Shown in pieces: positions 19,513-29,234 of a stretch of 64,000 nt of DNA. The number at the start of each line of letters is the position of its first letter. Position 1 is the first letter of the stretch. The notes below the pieces were generated by a model that was not told the DNA's origin, searched no databases, and saw only the letters and a list, made by a program, of their open reading frames with translations. Origin of the DNA: Thermoproteota archaeon (GTDB lineage Archaea > Thermoproteota > Thermoprotei > Gearchaeales > Gearchaeaceae); assembly GCA_032249235.1 (NCBI GenBank), contig JAVVGF010000001.1, forward strand, positions 320,001-384,000. The letters are read 5' to 3'. A program made the translations under genes and the position numbers.

Positions 19513-20696
19513 GATCTAGCTTTAACAATCGTGACGAAATGGGTTAAGCCTGAACCACCCATATTTTGTGCTAAGCCTATTTTTGCACCCTTTACTTGTC
19601 TTTGTCCAGCTTCATTTCTCAATTGAAGATATAATTCATAGATTTGTGCAATACCAGTTGCTCCGACAGGATGACCTTTAGCCTTTAAGCCTCCACTTGG
19701 GTTTGAAGGATATTCTCCATTTAGATCAGTGATCCCTTTTTCAACAAGCTTTCCTCCCTTTCCTTTTTCAGTAAAACCTAATTCTTCATATTCTATGATT
19801 TCAGCAATCGTAAAACAATCATGCAATTCAAATACATCAATGTCATTTATGGTTAAATTTGCCTGTTCCAAAGCTTCCCTTGCAGCGATTCTTATACCTT
19901 TAATTTCCGTTATATCTTCTTTCTCTATTATAGAAGAATGATCGTTTGAATGTCCACTTCCAATTATATCAATTGGTAAATCTGTAAACTTTTCAGCTAT
20001 TTCAGGCTTAGTCAAAATAAGACATGCAGCACCATCGGTTACTAATGAACAATCATAAAGTTTAAGAGGCCATGCAATTACCCTAGATTTGAGTGCATCT
20101 TCTACAGTTATCAACTTTTGCATGTGTGCTTTTGGATTATAGTATGCGTTTTTATGATTCTTTACAGCAACCATAGCGAGTTGCTCTTCTGTAGTACCAT
20201 ATCTGTGCATGTGAGCTGTAGCCATGAGAGCGAAAACACCTACAAAGGTTAATCCACTCCATTGTTCAACGCTAACATCACTTGCAGTCATCAACGCTTC
20301 AGTTACTTCTGGAGTAGTTCTGTTGTTCATCTTCTCCACTCCACCTACGAGAACGATATCATAGAGGCCAGATTGGATAGCCATTATCCCTGTTCTTAAA
20401 GCAGTTGAACCTGATGCACATGCATTCTCAACCCTTATAGAAGGCAAATTATGCATGCCCAACCAGTCAGCAAGTATAGGTGCAACATGTGCTTGATGTT
20501 CAAAAAATTCTGAAAAATTCCCAAAAATTCCTAATTTAATCTTACCTCTAATATCTGGGTCTTTGCATCTAGCTATTGCTTCTTCAAAAGCTTCCACAAA
20601 AAGTTCTCTTGCCATTATTCCTGTTCTTTTACCAAATTTTGAGCATCCTGCACTAACTATTGAAGCTAAGGGTTTTTGAGAAAGCAATCTACTCAT
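19509..20696 (-). CDS. Thiolase (SCP2/archaeal type)
   Basis: ENACASG, ELHDCF, KGHPVGATG, QNMGG. Confidence 0.92.
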   Translation of the reverse strand: MSRLLSQKPLASIVSAGCSKFGKRTGIMARELFVEAFEEAIARCKDPDIRGKIKLGIFGNFSEFFEHQAHVAPILADWLGMHNLPSIRVENACASGSTALRTGIMAIQSGLYDIVLVGGVEKMNNRTTPEVTEALMTASDVSVEQWSGLTFVGVFALMATAHMHRYGTTEEQLAMVAVKNHKNAYYNPKAHMQKLITVEDALKSRVIAWPLKLYDCSLVTDGAACLILTKPEIAEKFTDLPIDIIGSGHSNDHSSIIEKEDITEIKGIRIAAREALEQANLTINDIDVFELHDCFTIAEIIEYEELGFTEKGKGGKLVEKGITDLNGEYPSNPSGGLKAKGHPVGATGIAQIYELYLQLRNEAGQRQVKGAKIGLAQNMGGSGLTHFVTIVKARS

Positions 20697-20725
20697 AGTA
20701 ATTACTTAATTCATAAAATATTTAA

Positions 20726-22018
20726 TCAAAATCTTGCCTGTCTCAGTGCAGCAATTCCTGGTAATTCTTTTTCCATTAACATTTCTGTAAGTGCTCCTCC
20801 TCCTGTGCTTACATGGCTGAATTTTTCTGCATAACCAAACATATTCAATGCAGCTACCGTATGTCCTCCTCCTGCAACAGAAAAAGCGTTTGAACTTGCA
20901 ATTGCTTTAAGCACTCTTTTAGTTCCGTAACTAAATAAAGATTCCTCATATACTCCAACTGGTCCGCTTATTATTACAGTCTTAGCTTCGTTTAAAATAT
21001 CTTCTATAAGTTCACATGTCTTCATTCCAATATCTTTTATAGGCATGTTCAGAGGTAAAGCGCTTAAGGGAAATTCGAATCTCTCATTCTTAGGGGTTTC
21101 TGCAGCAAGATCTTGAGGTAAAATTATCTTATCTTTATATTTTTCATATGCAATTTTTGCCCCTTCATATAATAATACTGCTCCCTTTCTTTCTAGTAAT
21201 TTCTCGTTAACTTCTCCGAGATTGTAACCTACAACTTTCAAATATAAATTGCCAATCAATCCTGCTAAAAATATCCAATCTGCTTTTCCTGTTTCTCCCA
21301 AATGCTCAATCATACTTATTGCGTCATCTAGCTTTGTTCCTCCTAGGATGTAAAGTCTGGGTTTTTCGCTATATTGTAGTAACCAAGTTAGAGCTCTTAC
21401 TTCCCATTCCATTACTCTACCAGCACATGAAGGCATTACAAACGGATAACCTGTTAGTGAAACATTAGCTCGATGGGCTGCTGCGAATGCATCGTTAACA
21501 TATATATCGCAAAGGACTGAGAGTGTTTGAACTTGTTTTGTTTTAGCTTGTTCTTCAAATGGTCTTTTTATCATCTCATCAGGATCTGTTCTAACGTTTT
21601 CGAGCATGACTATTCTATATTCTCCTTCTCTTAGCTTTTTCAATGCATCAACAGCTTTAGGCCCATAAACATCTGGAACGTAAATAACTTTAGTTTTAAG
21701 CATCTTTGATAGCAGTTTAGCATGAAGATCAGTCGTTGTGAAATCAGGATCGCCCGGCCTTCCTTGGTGGGTCAAAATAGCAACTCTCGCACCTCTAACT
21801 AATAGCTCCGTTAGCGTGGTCTCAGCTAATACCCTCATCCTTGTCAAATCTATTGGCATGTTAGTTTTAGGATCTAAAGGAAGATTCATATCTGTTCTAA
21901 GCAATACAACTTTATTTTCGAATTCAAAATCGTCCATTGTCTTGAATCCTACGTCTATTTTATTCATTTGTTCGAGAATGTCCTCTCTAACTTTTCCTCT
22001 TAAAATTCCGTAGGGCAT
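20726..22018 (-). CDS. pgk: Phosphoglycerate kinase
   Basis: RTDMNLP, HQGRPG, LENVR, NDAFAAAHR, GGGHT, STGGGA. Confidence 0.96.
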   Translation of the reverse strand: MPYGILRGKVREDILEQMNKIDVGFKTMDDFEFENKVVLLRTDMNLPLDPKTNMPIDLTRMRVLAETTLTELLVRGARVAILTHQGRPGDPDFTTTDLHAKLLSKMLKTKVIYVPDVYGPKAVDALKKLREGEYRIVMLENVRTDPDEMIKRPFEEQAKTKQVQTLSVLCDIYVNDAFAAAHRANVSLTGYPFVMPSCAGRVMEWEVRALTWLLQYSEKPRLYILGGTKLDDAISMIEHLGETGKADWIFLAGLIGNLYLKVVGYNLGEVNEKLLERKGAVLLYEGAKIAYEKYKDKIILPQDLAAETPKNERFEFPLSALPLNMPIKDIGMKTCELIEDILNEAKTVIISGPVGVYEESLFSYGTKRVLKAIASSNAFSVAGGGHTVAALNMFGYAEKFSHVSTGGGALTEMLMEKELPGIAALRQARF

Positions 22019-22019
22019 T

Positions 22020-23054
22020 TCAATAGAACTTCTTAACTATATTCAAAGTCCTATCAGTCAATTCTATTGATCTTCTTGGTTCTTCCTCAATTCCAGTTAA
22101 TGCTCTAATAGCATCAATATTTTCGGGAATCACGTTGCTTTCTTCAGGAGTAGCCCATATCAAAGTTAGGTCATTTTGTATCAGAGCAATGCTTTCTAAC
22201 CAAACAGGTATTTCATAAACATCTCCTCTACTTCTGCCAAGTTCTCTTCCTATTTCGAAGATTGTATTAAGTGCTTCAACCTTATCCTTACCACTTACAA
22301 ATACTACTCTAGGCTCTTCTTCTAAAGCTCTTATTACTGTTTCCTTGTTAACTCTTTCTTTCAATTCAATGAAAGCTGCATGTAAATGATATAAGTTGTG
22401 GCTACCTTTTGCTGCTATGGTAATTATATCCAAATCTTTTATCACAGTTTGTGCATCAGGACCGTGATGAGAAGGTATCTCAAGTTCGGGTACTACGGTA
22501 TTGATTATTCCTTTTTTATGCGATTCCCAAGGATCCGCTGCCCTACGAAATATTGATACTCTTGCTCTTTTAACTCCAATCCTTTCATGTATCGCCCCTA
22601 TTACTCTACATATTGCAGTCGTATTGCAGCTAACAACTCTTGTGAATTGCTTTCCAAAATTTTCTAAGTAATTTCTCGCGGCAACAAAACTAGCATTTGT
22701 TAATTCATGATCCTCTCCTCCTTGGAAAATCGCTTTTATGTTATATTTTTCATAAAATGGTTTGTTTTTAGCCCCCCATCCTTCTGTAGAAGCATCCACG
22801 ACAATATCTACTTTTTGAAGTAATTCTTCGAAAGTTCCAGCAGGTTCAAAATTATGCTTCTTAAATTCTTCAATTCTGGGATTTTGTGATAGATAAATTG
22901 GTATTCCTTTCTTAGCCATCAATGCAGCACGCCAGTCAAAGCCTGGCCCTGCAATTCCAATGAGCTCCATATCAGGTTGAAGTCTTACAGCATCTGCAAC
23001 GCGTTTTCCAATTGTTCCGTAACCCCCAACAACAGCAACTTTTACTTTTTTCAT
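22020..23054 (-). CDS. gap: Archaeal type II glyceraldehyde-3-phosphate dehydrogenase
   Basis: GYGTIGKRVADAV, VVSCNTT, PSHHGPD, IPENIDAIRA. Confidence 0.96.
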   Translation of the reverse strand: MKKVKVAVVGGYGTIGKRVADAVRLQPDMELIGIAGPGFDWRAALMAKKGIPIYLSQNPRIEEFKKHNFEPAGTFEELLQKVDIVVDASTEGWGAKNKPFYEKYNIKAIFQGGEDHELTNASFVAARNYLENFGKQFTRVVSCNTTAICRVIGAIHERIGVKRARVSIFRRAADPWESHKKGIINTVVPELEIPSHHGPDAQTVIKDLDIITIAAKGSHNLYHLHAAFIELKERVNKETVIRALEEEPRVVFVSGKDKVEALNTIFEIGRELGRSRGDVYEIPVWLESIALIQNDLTLIWATPEESNVIPENIDAIRALTGIEEEPRRSIELTDRTLNIVKKFY

Positions 23055-23078
23055 ATTTAAGAATGGCTTTACAAATTA

Positions 23079-23687
23079 TTAAATATTGTTCTTGAGATTC
23101 TTCTGCTTCATGAAGAATTCTGCTATTCTTTCTACAGCAATTTCTGTATGTTCAAACTCTCTACTCTGTTTAAATCTTAAATTCATTATAATCAACAAGC
23201 ACTGCACTGCATTTGCTACGCTTGCAGCGAAGATTCTATTAATAGTTTGATGGAGTTCGATTTCTTCTTCACTTTCAATTTCTCTTCCCATTCTTATTCC
23301 TTGCATATCCTTTTTTCTTCTTTCAATTATATCAGATGGATTGTATTCAAGAAGTATAATTGCATCAGGATTAAGGGCTTTAGCTGCTTCTAATGGCAAA
23401 CCTGGATAATATCCTCCTTGCATTTTTATGCTTACATGCGTATCTATTAGCACATCTCCTTCGATATCTGCAATTTTTTTAGCTGCGTCAAGCTGCAATG
23501 TTCTATATTCATCTAATGGTATCTTTTTTCTCATCTCATCTCTATCTTTTATGCCATATCTTTCTCTAGCTAATTCTAACATGACATCTCCATAGTTTAC
23601 AACCTTTAATTCAGGCATCTTTTTCCTTATGTAATTAAGAATGGTTGTTTTTCCAGCACCTGGTACAGCTACGATGACAGCTTTCAT
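23079..23687 (-). CDS. adkA: Archaeal adenylate kinase
   Basis: VPGAGKTT, NYGDVM, DRDEMRK, IDTH, GYYPGLP. Confidence 0.92.
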   Translation of the reverse strand: MKAVIVAVPGAGKTTILNYIRKKMPELKVVNYGDVMLELARERYGIKDRDEMRKKIPLDEYRTLQLDAAKKIADIEGDVLIDTHVSIKMQGGYYPGLPLEAAKALNPDAIILLEYNPSDIIERRKKDMQGIRMGREIESEEEIELHQTINRIFAASVANAVQCLLIIMNLRFKQSREFEHTEIAVERIAEFFMKQKNLKNNI

Positions 23688-23749
23688 AATTGTGCTATGT
23701 TTTTGCTTATAAAAATTTAGCTTTAATATTGCTCCTTGTATTTTTTCAT

Positions 23750-24907
23750 ATGGATTTCGAATTTAGCGAGGAACAAAAACTATTCAGAGAGAGCGTAAAG
23801 GAGTTTGCAGAAAAAGAGATTGCCCCTTATGAAGCTGAATGGGATAGAAAAGGAGAATTTCCTAAATCTTTATTTAAGAAATTAGCAGAAGTAGGTTTAG
23901 CAGGAATAAGAATTCCAGAAAAATACGGCGGCCAAGGTGCTGATGCGGTAACAACAGGAATAGCGATTGAGGAGCTTTCTAGATATGATTTCAACGTAGC
24001 TAACTTTTTGATAATCAACAACGTTTTGACAGCTAATGTTATTGCAGAATATGGGAGTGATTATCTAAAAGAATTGGTCCTTCCTGGTGTTGCTAAAGGC
24101 GAAATATGCTTAGGCATTGCATTGACAGAACCTCATTGCGGTAGCGATGCTGCAGCAATAAAAACAACTGCAATACTGGATAAAGATGAATGGGTTATAA
24201 GCGGAGAAAAATCATCCATAAGCATGGTTAAATACGCGAACTATTTCGTATTATTCGCGAAAACTAAACCTGAAGAGAGACATAGAGGAATAAGTGCTTT
24301 CTTAGTACCTGCAAATTCTAAGAACATAAAATATTCTTATTTTGATGATGTAGGTTATAGACCTATAACTAGAGGTGCCTTTAAGCTTGAAGAGGTAAGG
24401 ATACCTAAAGAATATTTGATAGGTAACTTAAATGAAGGATTTTATTACGTCATGAAAACCTTCGATTTTAGTAAAACTTTATTGGCTCTTTCATGTCTAG
24501 GAGCTGCTGAACAATCGCTTGAAGAAACAATAAAGTATGCGAAAGAGAGATATGCTTTTGGTAGACCTATAGCTAAGTTTGAAGCTATTCAATTCAAAAT
24601 AGCTGAACATCTAACAATGCTTGAGGCTTGTAAAACGTTATGTTACAAAACCTTGTGGATGAAAGATAAAGGTTACACGATTACAGCATATGCTGCGATG
24701 TGCAAATGGTGGGCTCCAAGACTTGCCTTTGAAATAATTCATGATTGTATATTAATGCACGGAAATATCGCATACACGAAAGATTTACCTTTAGAAAGAA
24801 GATTGAGGAATGTTATGGGAATAGAAATAGGCGATGGAACTGCAGAAATTCAAAAAATAGTTATTGGGAGAGAAGTTATAGGTAAAGATTATGTTCCTTA
24901 TAAATGA
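23750..24907 (+). CDS. Acyl-CoA dehydrogenase (cyclohexanecarboxyl-CoA dehydrogenase-like)
   Basis: MDFEFSEEQ start, ALTEPHCGSDAA, GEKSSIS, RYAFGRPI, EIGDGTAEIQK; ATG 23750 has TATA-like box about 28 nt upstream. Confidence 0.9.
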   Translation: MDFEFSEEQKLFRESVKEFAEKEIAPYEAEWDRKGEFPKSLFKKLAEVGLAGIRIPEKYGGQGADAVTTGIAIEELSRYDFNVANFLIINNVLTANVIAEYGSDYLKELVLPGVAKGEICLGIALTEPHCGSDAAAIKTTAILDKDEWVISGEKSSISMVKYANYFVLFAKTKPEERHRGISAFLVPANSKNIKYSYFDDVGYRPITRGAFKLEEVRIPKEYLIGNLNEGFYYVMKTFDFSKTLLALSCLGAAEQSLEETIKYAKERYAFGRPIAKFEAIQFKIAEHLTMLEACKTLCYKTLWMKDKGYTITAYAAMCKWWAPRLAFEIIHDCILMHGNIAYTKDLPLERRLRNVMGIEIGDGTAEIQKIVIGREVIGKDYVPYK

Positions 24908-25267
24908 TATTTTAATTAAAAATTTTAAAATATTTGATGTTTCTACAAATTTTATAAAAAACTGACTTATTTAAAACCATTTCATGAAATCCTAAAATAT
25001 GTAAATAACAAGCATGATGCCAGCTATTGAATATTTCTTCTCAATGATTGAGCAGCATCAAATAACAACGCAGAAGTCATCTTTTTTGCGATATTACTAT
25101 TTCTAAGATATTGCTGATGTTTTATAGCTTCTTCGGCTGCCTTAAGTGCTCTCACCAGTTTGAACTACATCAATCTTTAAGTAGCCGTAAGTCTCTAGAA
25201 ATTAATTAGCAATTGTTATTCTAGATTCGGTGTTTGAATTTCATAAATGAGTGAATGGAATAGAAAA

Positions 25268-26716
25268 CTAGCTAAGGTTTATTATAACAGATTTGATTCT
25301 TGTATAATTATATATCGCATGTATGCTTTGCTCAAATCCTAGACCACTTTGTTTTGCTGTAGAGAAAGGAACTTGAGGATAAGTTATTGGTCCTTCGTTT
25401 ATACAAACTGTTCCAGCCTTAATGCTTGCAGCTAGCTTATGCGCTTTACTCAAATCGTTTGTCCAAATGGCAGCATATAGACCATAAATAGTGGAATTTG
25501 CAAGTTCTATGGCTTCATCTAAGCTTGAAAAACTTGTCGCAGATAAAACAGGTCCAAAGATTTCTTCTTGGAATATTTTCATATCTTTTGCCACTTCATC
25601 AAAAAATGTTGGCAATAAGAAGTTGCCTTTTTGTAATTTTTCATCACTAGGTCTTGAACCACCATATATTAATTTTGCACCTTCTTTTCTTCCCTCTTCA
25701 ATATAATACATAACTCTGCTCAATTGTTCTTTAGAAACTAAAGGACCCATTTGGGTATCTTGATCTATTCCTGGCCCTACTCTAATCTTAGCAAATTGTT
25801 CTTGCAACATCTTTATCAGCTTATCTTTTAGACTTTCATGATATAGTAATCTTGAATATGCCCAACACATTTGTCCTGCATTCGTTATTATACCGTTTAT
25901 GATTCCTTGAATTGCTTTATCTAATTTAGCATCTGGTAATACGATGTTTGGGTTCTTTCCACCTAGCTCCAAGATTATAGGTTTTATGTGCTTTGAAACC
26001 AAAGCTATTACTTCCTTACCTCCCTCTAAAGAACCAGTAAATGTTACAGATTCTATTTCTTTATGCTCTACGAGATATCTTCCTATGGTTTTTCCGGGTC
26101 CTATTACTACATTTAAAACTCCATCTGGTAAACCTGCTTGCTTTGCTAATTCTGCTAATTTTATTGCAGTGATAGGAGTGTATGTAGCAGGCTTTAAAAT
26201 AGCTGTATTTCCTGCTGCTAATGCAGGCGCCAAGCTTCTTGCAGATAAAGGTAAAGGATAATTCCAAGGAGCAATATGGGCTGTTACTCCTAAAGGTTCT
26301 CTCAAAGTATAGCAGAATCTATCACCAGGTAAAGGTATAGTATCACCTTGTATTTTGTCTGCAAGTCCTGCGTAATATTCAAATAAGCGTGCAGCATAGA
26401 GAACATCTCCTATTGCTTCTTTAATTGGTTTTCCATTGTTCAGCGTTTCTAATTTGGCTAAATCGTTCGTATTATCTCTAATCAATGAAGCTAATTTATA
26501 CAATATCCTAGCTCTTCTAACAGGTTCTTGCTTAAACCATTGATCAAATGCTTTCTTCGCTGCTTCTATTGCTTTATCTACATCTTCAATAGAAGCCTCT
26601 TCTGCATAAGCTATTATTTCATTCGTAGCAGGATTGTAAACAGGTATTTTCTTTCCAGAACTAGCTTCAACAAACTTTCCATCAATAAACAATTTAACGT
26701 TTTCTATATTCTCCAT
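25268..26716 (-). CDS. NAD(P)-dependent aldehyde dehydrogenase
   Basis: PWNYP, FTGS, LELGGKNP, catalytic GQMC, EEIFGPV. Confidence 0.94.
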   Translation of the reverse strand: MENIENVKLFIDGKFVEASSGKKIPVYNPATNEIIAYAEEASIEDVDKAIEAAKKAFDQWFKQEPVRRARILYKLASLIRDNTNDLAKLETLNNGKPIKEAIGDVLYAARLFEYYAGLADKIQGDTIPLPGDRFCYTLREPLGVTAHIAPWNYPLPLSARSLAPALAAGNTAILKPATYTPITAIKLAELAKQAGLPDGVLNVVIGPGKTIGRYLVEHKEIESVTFTGSLEGGKEVIALVSKHIKPIILELGGKNPNIVLPDAKLDKAIQGIINGIITNAGQMCWAYSRLLYHESLKDKLIKMLQEQFAKIRVGPGIDQDTQMGPLVSKEQLSRVMYYIEEGRKEGAKLIYGGSRPSDEKLQKGNFLLPTFFDEVAKDMKIFQEEIFGPVLSATSFSSLDEAIELANSTIYGLYAAIWTNDLSKAHKLAASIKAGTVCINEGPITYPQVPFSTAKQSGLGFEQSIHAIYNYTRIKSVIINLS

Positions 26717-26728
26717 AATTAATATTAG

Positions 26729-27043
26729 TTATACTTTCTCATATTCTTCAGCAAAGAATACTTTCATTTTACCTTCTGAGATCTTCATAGCATCTCTTGC
26801 TGCTTCTTTCATTTCTTTAGAATTCAAGGCTGTTTCTAAATCTTGTTTGCTTTCAAATAATAATTCAGCTATCAAATAATATTCAGCTTCTCCAGAAGGC
26901 GTTCCAAAAATTTTGTTAATTCTAAATTTCTTCAATTTAGGTAATTTCTTAACTAATTCAACGTGTACTTTTTCATAATGTTCGTCAAAACTTTGAGCAT
27001 TAGAAGGCTTAGGATAAATTACGAAGATCTTGTACATATTCAT
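26729..27043 (-). CDS. EthD family protein
   Basis: FDEHYEKVHVELVKKLP, AELLFES motifs. Confidence 0.85.
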   Translation of the reverse strand: MNMYKIFVIYPKPSNAQSFDEHYEKVHVELVKKLPKLKKFRINKIFGTPSGEAEYYLIAELLFESKQDLETALNSKEMKEAARDAMKISEGKMKVFFAEEYEKV

Positions 27044-27095
27044 TCATATTATATTTACTTAAAAATTTAAGAGAAGAAAAAGAACTAGAGTATGA

Positions 27096-28004
27096 ATGAG
27101 TATTAACGTAATATTCGAGAGAAGAAATCAAATAGAAAGAAAACCTGAATGGATAAGATCAAGAATTCCTGCTGGAGAAAAATTTAAACTCATTAGTAAT
27201 TTATGCAAGGAATTAAATCTACATACTGTTTGCGAAGAAGCTGCATGTCCTAATATAGCTGAATGTTGGGGTTCTGGAACTGCTACTTTCATGATTCTTG
27301 GAGATATATGTACAAGAGCATGTAGATTTTGTAATGTTAAAAGTGGAAATCCAAAGGGTTTTGTTGACTATACAGAACCATTAAGGGTTGCAGAAGCTGT
27401 GTCGAAAATGGATTTAGATTACATCGTTATTACCTCTGTTGATAGAGATGATTTAGAAGATGGAGGCGCATCGATATTTGCTGCAACTGTTAAGGCTATC
27501 AAGAAAAAGAATCCAAATATAATAATTGAACTATTAATTCCCGATTTTAAAGCTAATATTGATTCTTTAAAAACAGTAGCTAACAGCGGCGCTGAAGTTA
27601 TAGGTCATAATATTGAGACTGTTAGAAGATTAACACCTATTGTAAGAGATCCTAGAGCAAACTATGATCAAAGCCTTTTTGTTCTAAAAACCCTTAAAGA
27701 ATTGAATCCAAAAATATTTACTAAATCTTCTATAATTGTAGGTTTCGGAGAAACAGAAGAGGAAGTAATCGAAACTATGGAAGATTTGAGAAAAGTAAAT
27801 GTTGATTTTTTGACAATAGGACAATATCTAAGACCTTCTAAAAGGCATATTCCCGTTATAGAATATGTAAATCCCGAAAAATTCAAAAAATATGAAGAAA
27901 TAGGATTGAAGTTGGGTTTCAAATACGTAGCTGCAGGTCCTTTCGTTCGTAGCTCATATAAAGCAGGACATTATTATATAAAAACACTATTAGCTAAAAG
28001 CTGA
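27096..28004 (+). CDS. lipA: Lipoyl synthase
   Basis: CEEAACPNIAEC, CTRACRFC, RSSY. Confidence 0.97.
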   Translation: MSINVIFERRNQIERKPEWIRSRIPAGEKFKLISNLCKELNLHTVCEEAACPNIAECWGSGTATFMILGDICTRACRFCNVKSGNPKGFVDYTEPLRVAEAVSKMDLDYIVITSVDRDDLEDGGASIFAATVKAIKKKNPNIIIELLIPDFKANIDSLKTVANSGAEVIGHNIETVRRLTPIVRDPRANYDQSLFVLKTLKELNPKIFTKSSIIVGFGETEEEVIETMEDLRKVNVDFLTIGQYLRPSKRHIPVIEYVNPEKFKKYEEIGLKLGFKYVAAGPFVRSSYKAGHYYIKTLLAKS

Positions 28005-28033
28005 CTTCTCCCCGCCCTGAAGGGTGAGGCTTT
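28001..28033 (-). mobile_element. Solo IS200/IS605-type (TnpB element) end hairpin remnant
   Basis: Minus strand AAAGCCTCACCCTTCAGGGCGGGGAGAAGTCAG: GC-rich imperfect hairpin ending in TCAG within AT-rich DNA; resembles archaeal IS605/IS1341 ends from memory. Confidence 0.6.
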
Positions 28034-28113
28034 CAATTGATGCAAAAAGTTCAATTTATTAATTTTTGTTTAATGAATCTTGAATAATTCTTACGCTATC
28101 CTTATAGTTTAAA

Positions 28114-28128
28114 AAACATTTTATAGAG
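28114..28128 (+). promoter_or_regulatory. BRE/TATA promoter of 2-oxoacid dehydrogenase operon
   Basis: AAACATTTTATAGAG, TTATAG 27 nt before ATG 28148. Confidence 0.6.
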
Positions 28129-28147
28129 GATGCTTGAATAATATACG

Positions 28148-29233
28148 ATGAGCGAATTATATCAAATATTAAACGAAGAAGGAATTGAAAATAAACAACT
28201 TTTAAGCAAGATAAACCTTAGCAATGACAAACTTCTTGAAATGTATAGACATATGTTAATAACGAGAATTCTTGACGGTTGGCTTATGAAATTGCAAAGA
28301 ATGGGAAAAGCTGCAATCCATGCACCTAATGAGGGACAAGAAGCAATAGCTGTAGGCGTAGCTCATGCAGCTGAAAAAGAAGATTGGTTCTTTCCTACTT
28401 ATAGAGATCTTGGTTTGCTAGTTGCTAAAGGCGCTCCAATAAGAGAAATTTTGAATAGATGGTTGGCTAATGCGCAAGATCCTTTAAAAGGGCATGAATT
28501 TGCTATATATGGCGGTAGAAAGTATAATATGGTTCCTACAACAACTCCTGTTAGTGTTCATCTTGCTGCAGCTACAGGCTTCGCTCATGCAGCCAAAATA
28601 AAGAAAGATAAGCTAGTTGTTTTCGCCTTTCTAGGAGATGGTGCTACATCTAAAGGAGATTTCCATGAAAGCTTGAATTGGGCAGGTGTGTTCAAATTAC
28701 CAATTGTATACGTATGTCAAAATAATCAGTATGCTATATCAATGCCTTTTAGAAGACAGACTGCATCTGAGACTATCGCTATAAAATCTGTTGCATATGG
28801 AATAAAAGGTATGAGAATAGATGGAAATGATATATTAGCCGTTTATTCAGCTATAAAAGAAGCAAGAGAAAGCGCTCTTAATGGTATGCCTGTTTTAGTC
28901 GAATGTTTAACTTACAGACTTGGATCACATACAACTGCAGATGATCCTACAAGATATAGAAGTCAAGAAGAGGTTGAAGAGATGAGGAAAAAAGAACCAA
29001 TTAAGCGCTTCAGGGCTTTCTTAATATCAAAAGGCATTTTGAGTGAAAAAGAAGATGAACAAATGAGGAAGGATATCGAAAGAGAGATAGAAGAAGAAGT
29101 TAAAATAGCAATAACAATTCCTCCACCTCCAGTACAAGCTATATTCGAAGATGTTTATTCTGAGCTACCGTGGCATTTAAAAGAGCAGATGGAAGAGCTC
29201 GTAAAAGAATATGAAGAAGATCATTTAAGTTAA
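28148..29233 (+). CDS. 2-oxoacid (pyruvate/branched-chain) dehydrogenase E1 alpha
   Basis: GQEA, ThDP motif GDGATSKGDF...NNQYAIS, YRLGSHTTADDP. Confidence 0.93.
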   Translation: MSELYQILNEEGIENKQLLSKINLSNDKLLEMYRHMLITRILDGWLMKLQRMGKAAIHAPNEGQEAIAVGVAHAAEKEDWFFPTYRDLGLLVAKGAPIREILNRWLANAQDPLKGHEFAIYGGRKYNMVPTTTPVSVHLAAATGFAHAAKIKKDKLVVFAFLGDGATSKGDFHESLNWAGVFKLPIVYVCQNNQYAISMPFRRQTASETIAIKSVAYGIKGMRIDGNDILAVYSAIKEARESALNGMPVLVECLTYRLGSHTTADDPTRYRSQEEVEEMRKKEPIKRFRAFLISKGILSEKEDEQMRKDIEREIEEEVKIAITIPPPPVQAIFEDVYSELPWHLKEQMEELVKEYEEDHLS

Positions 29234-29234
29234 C

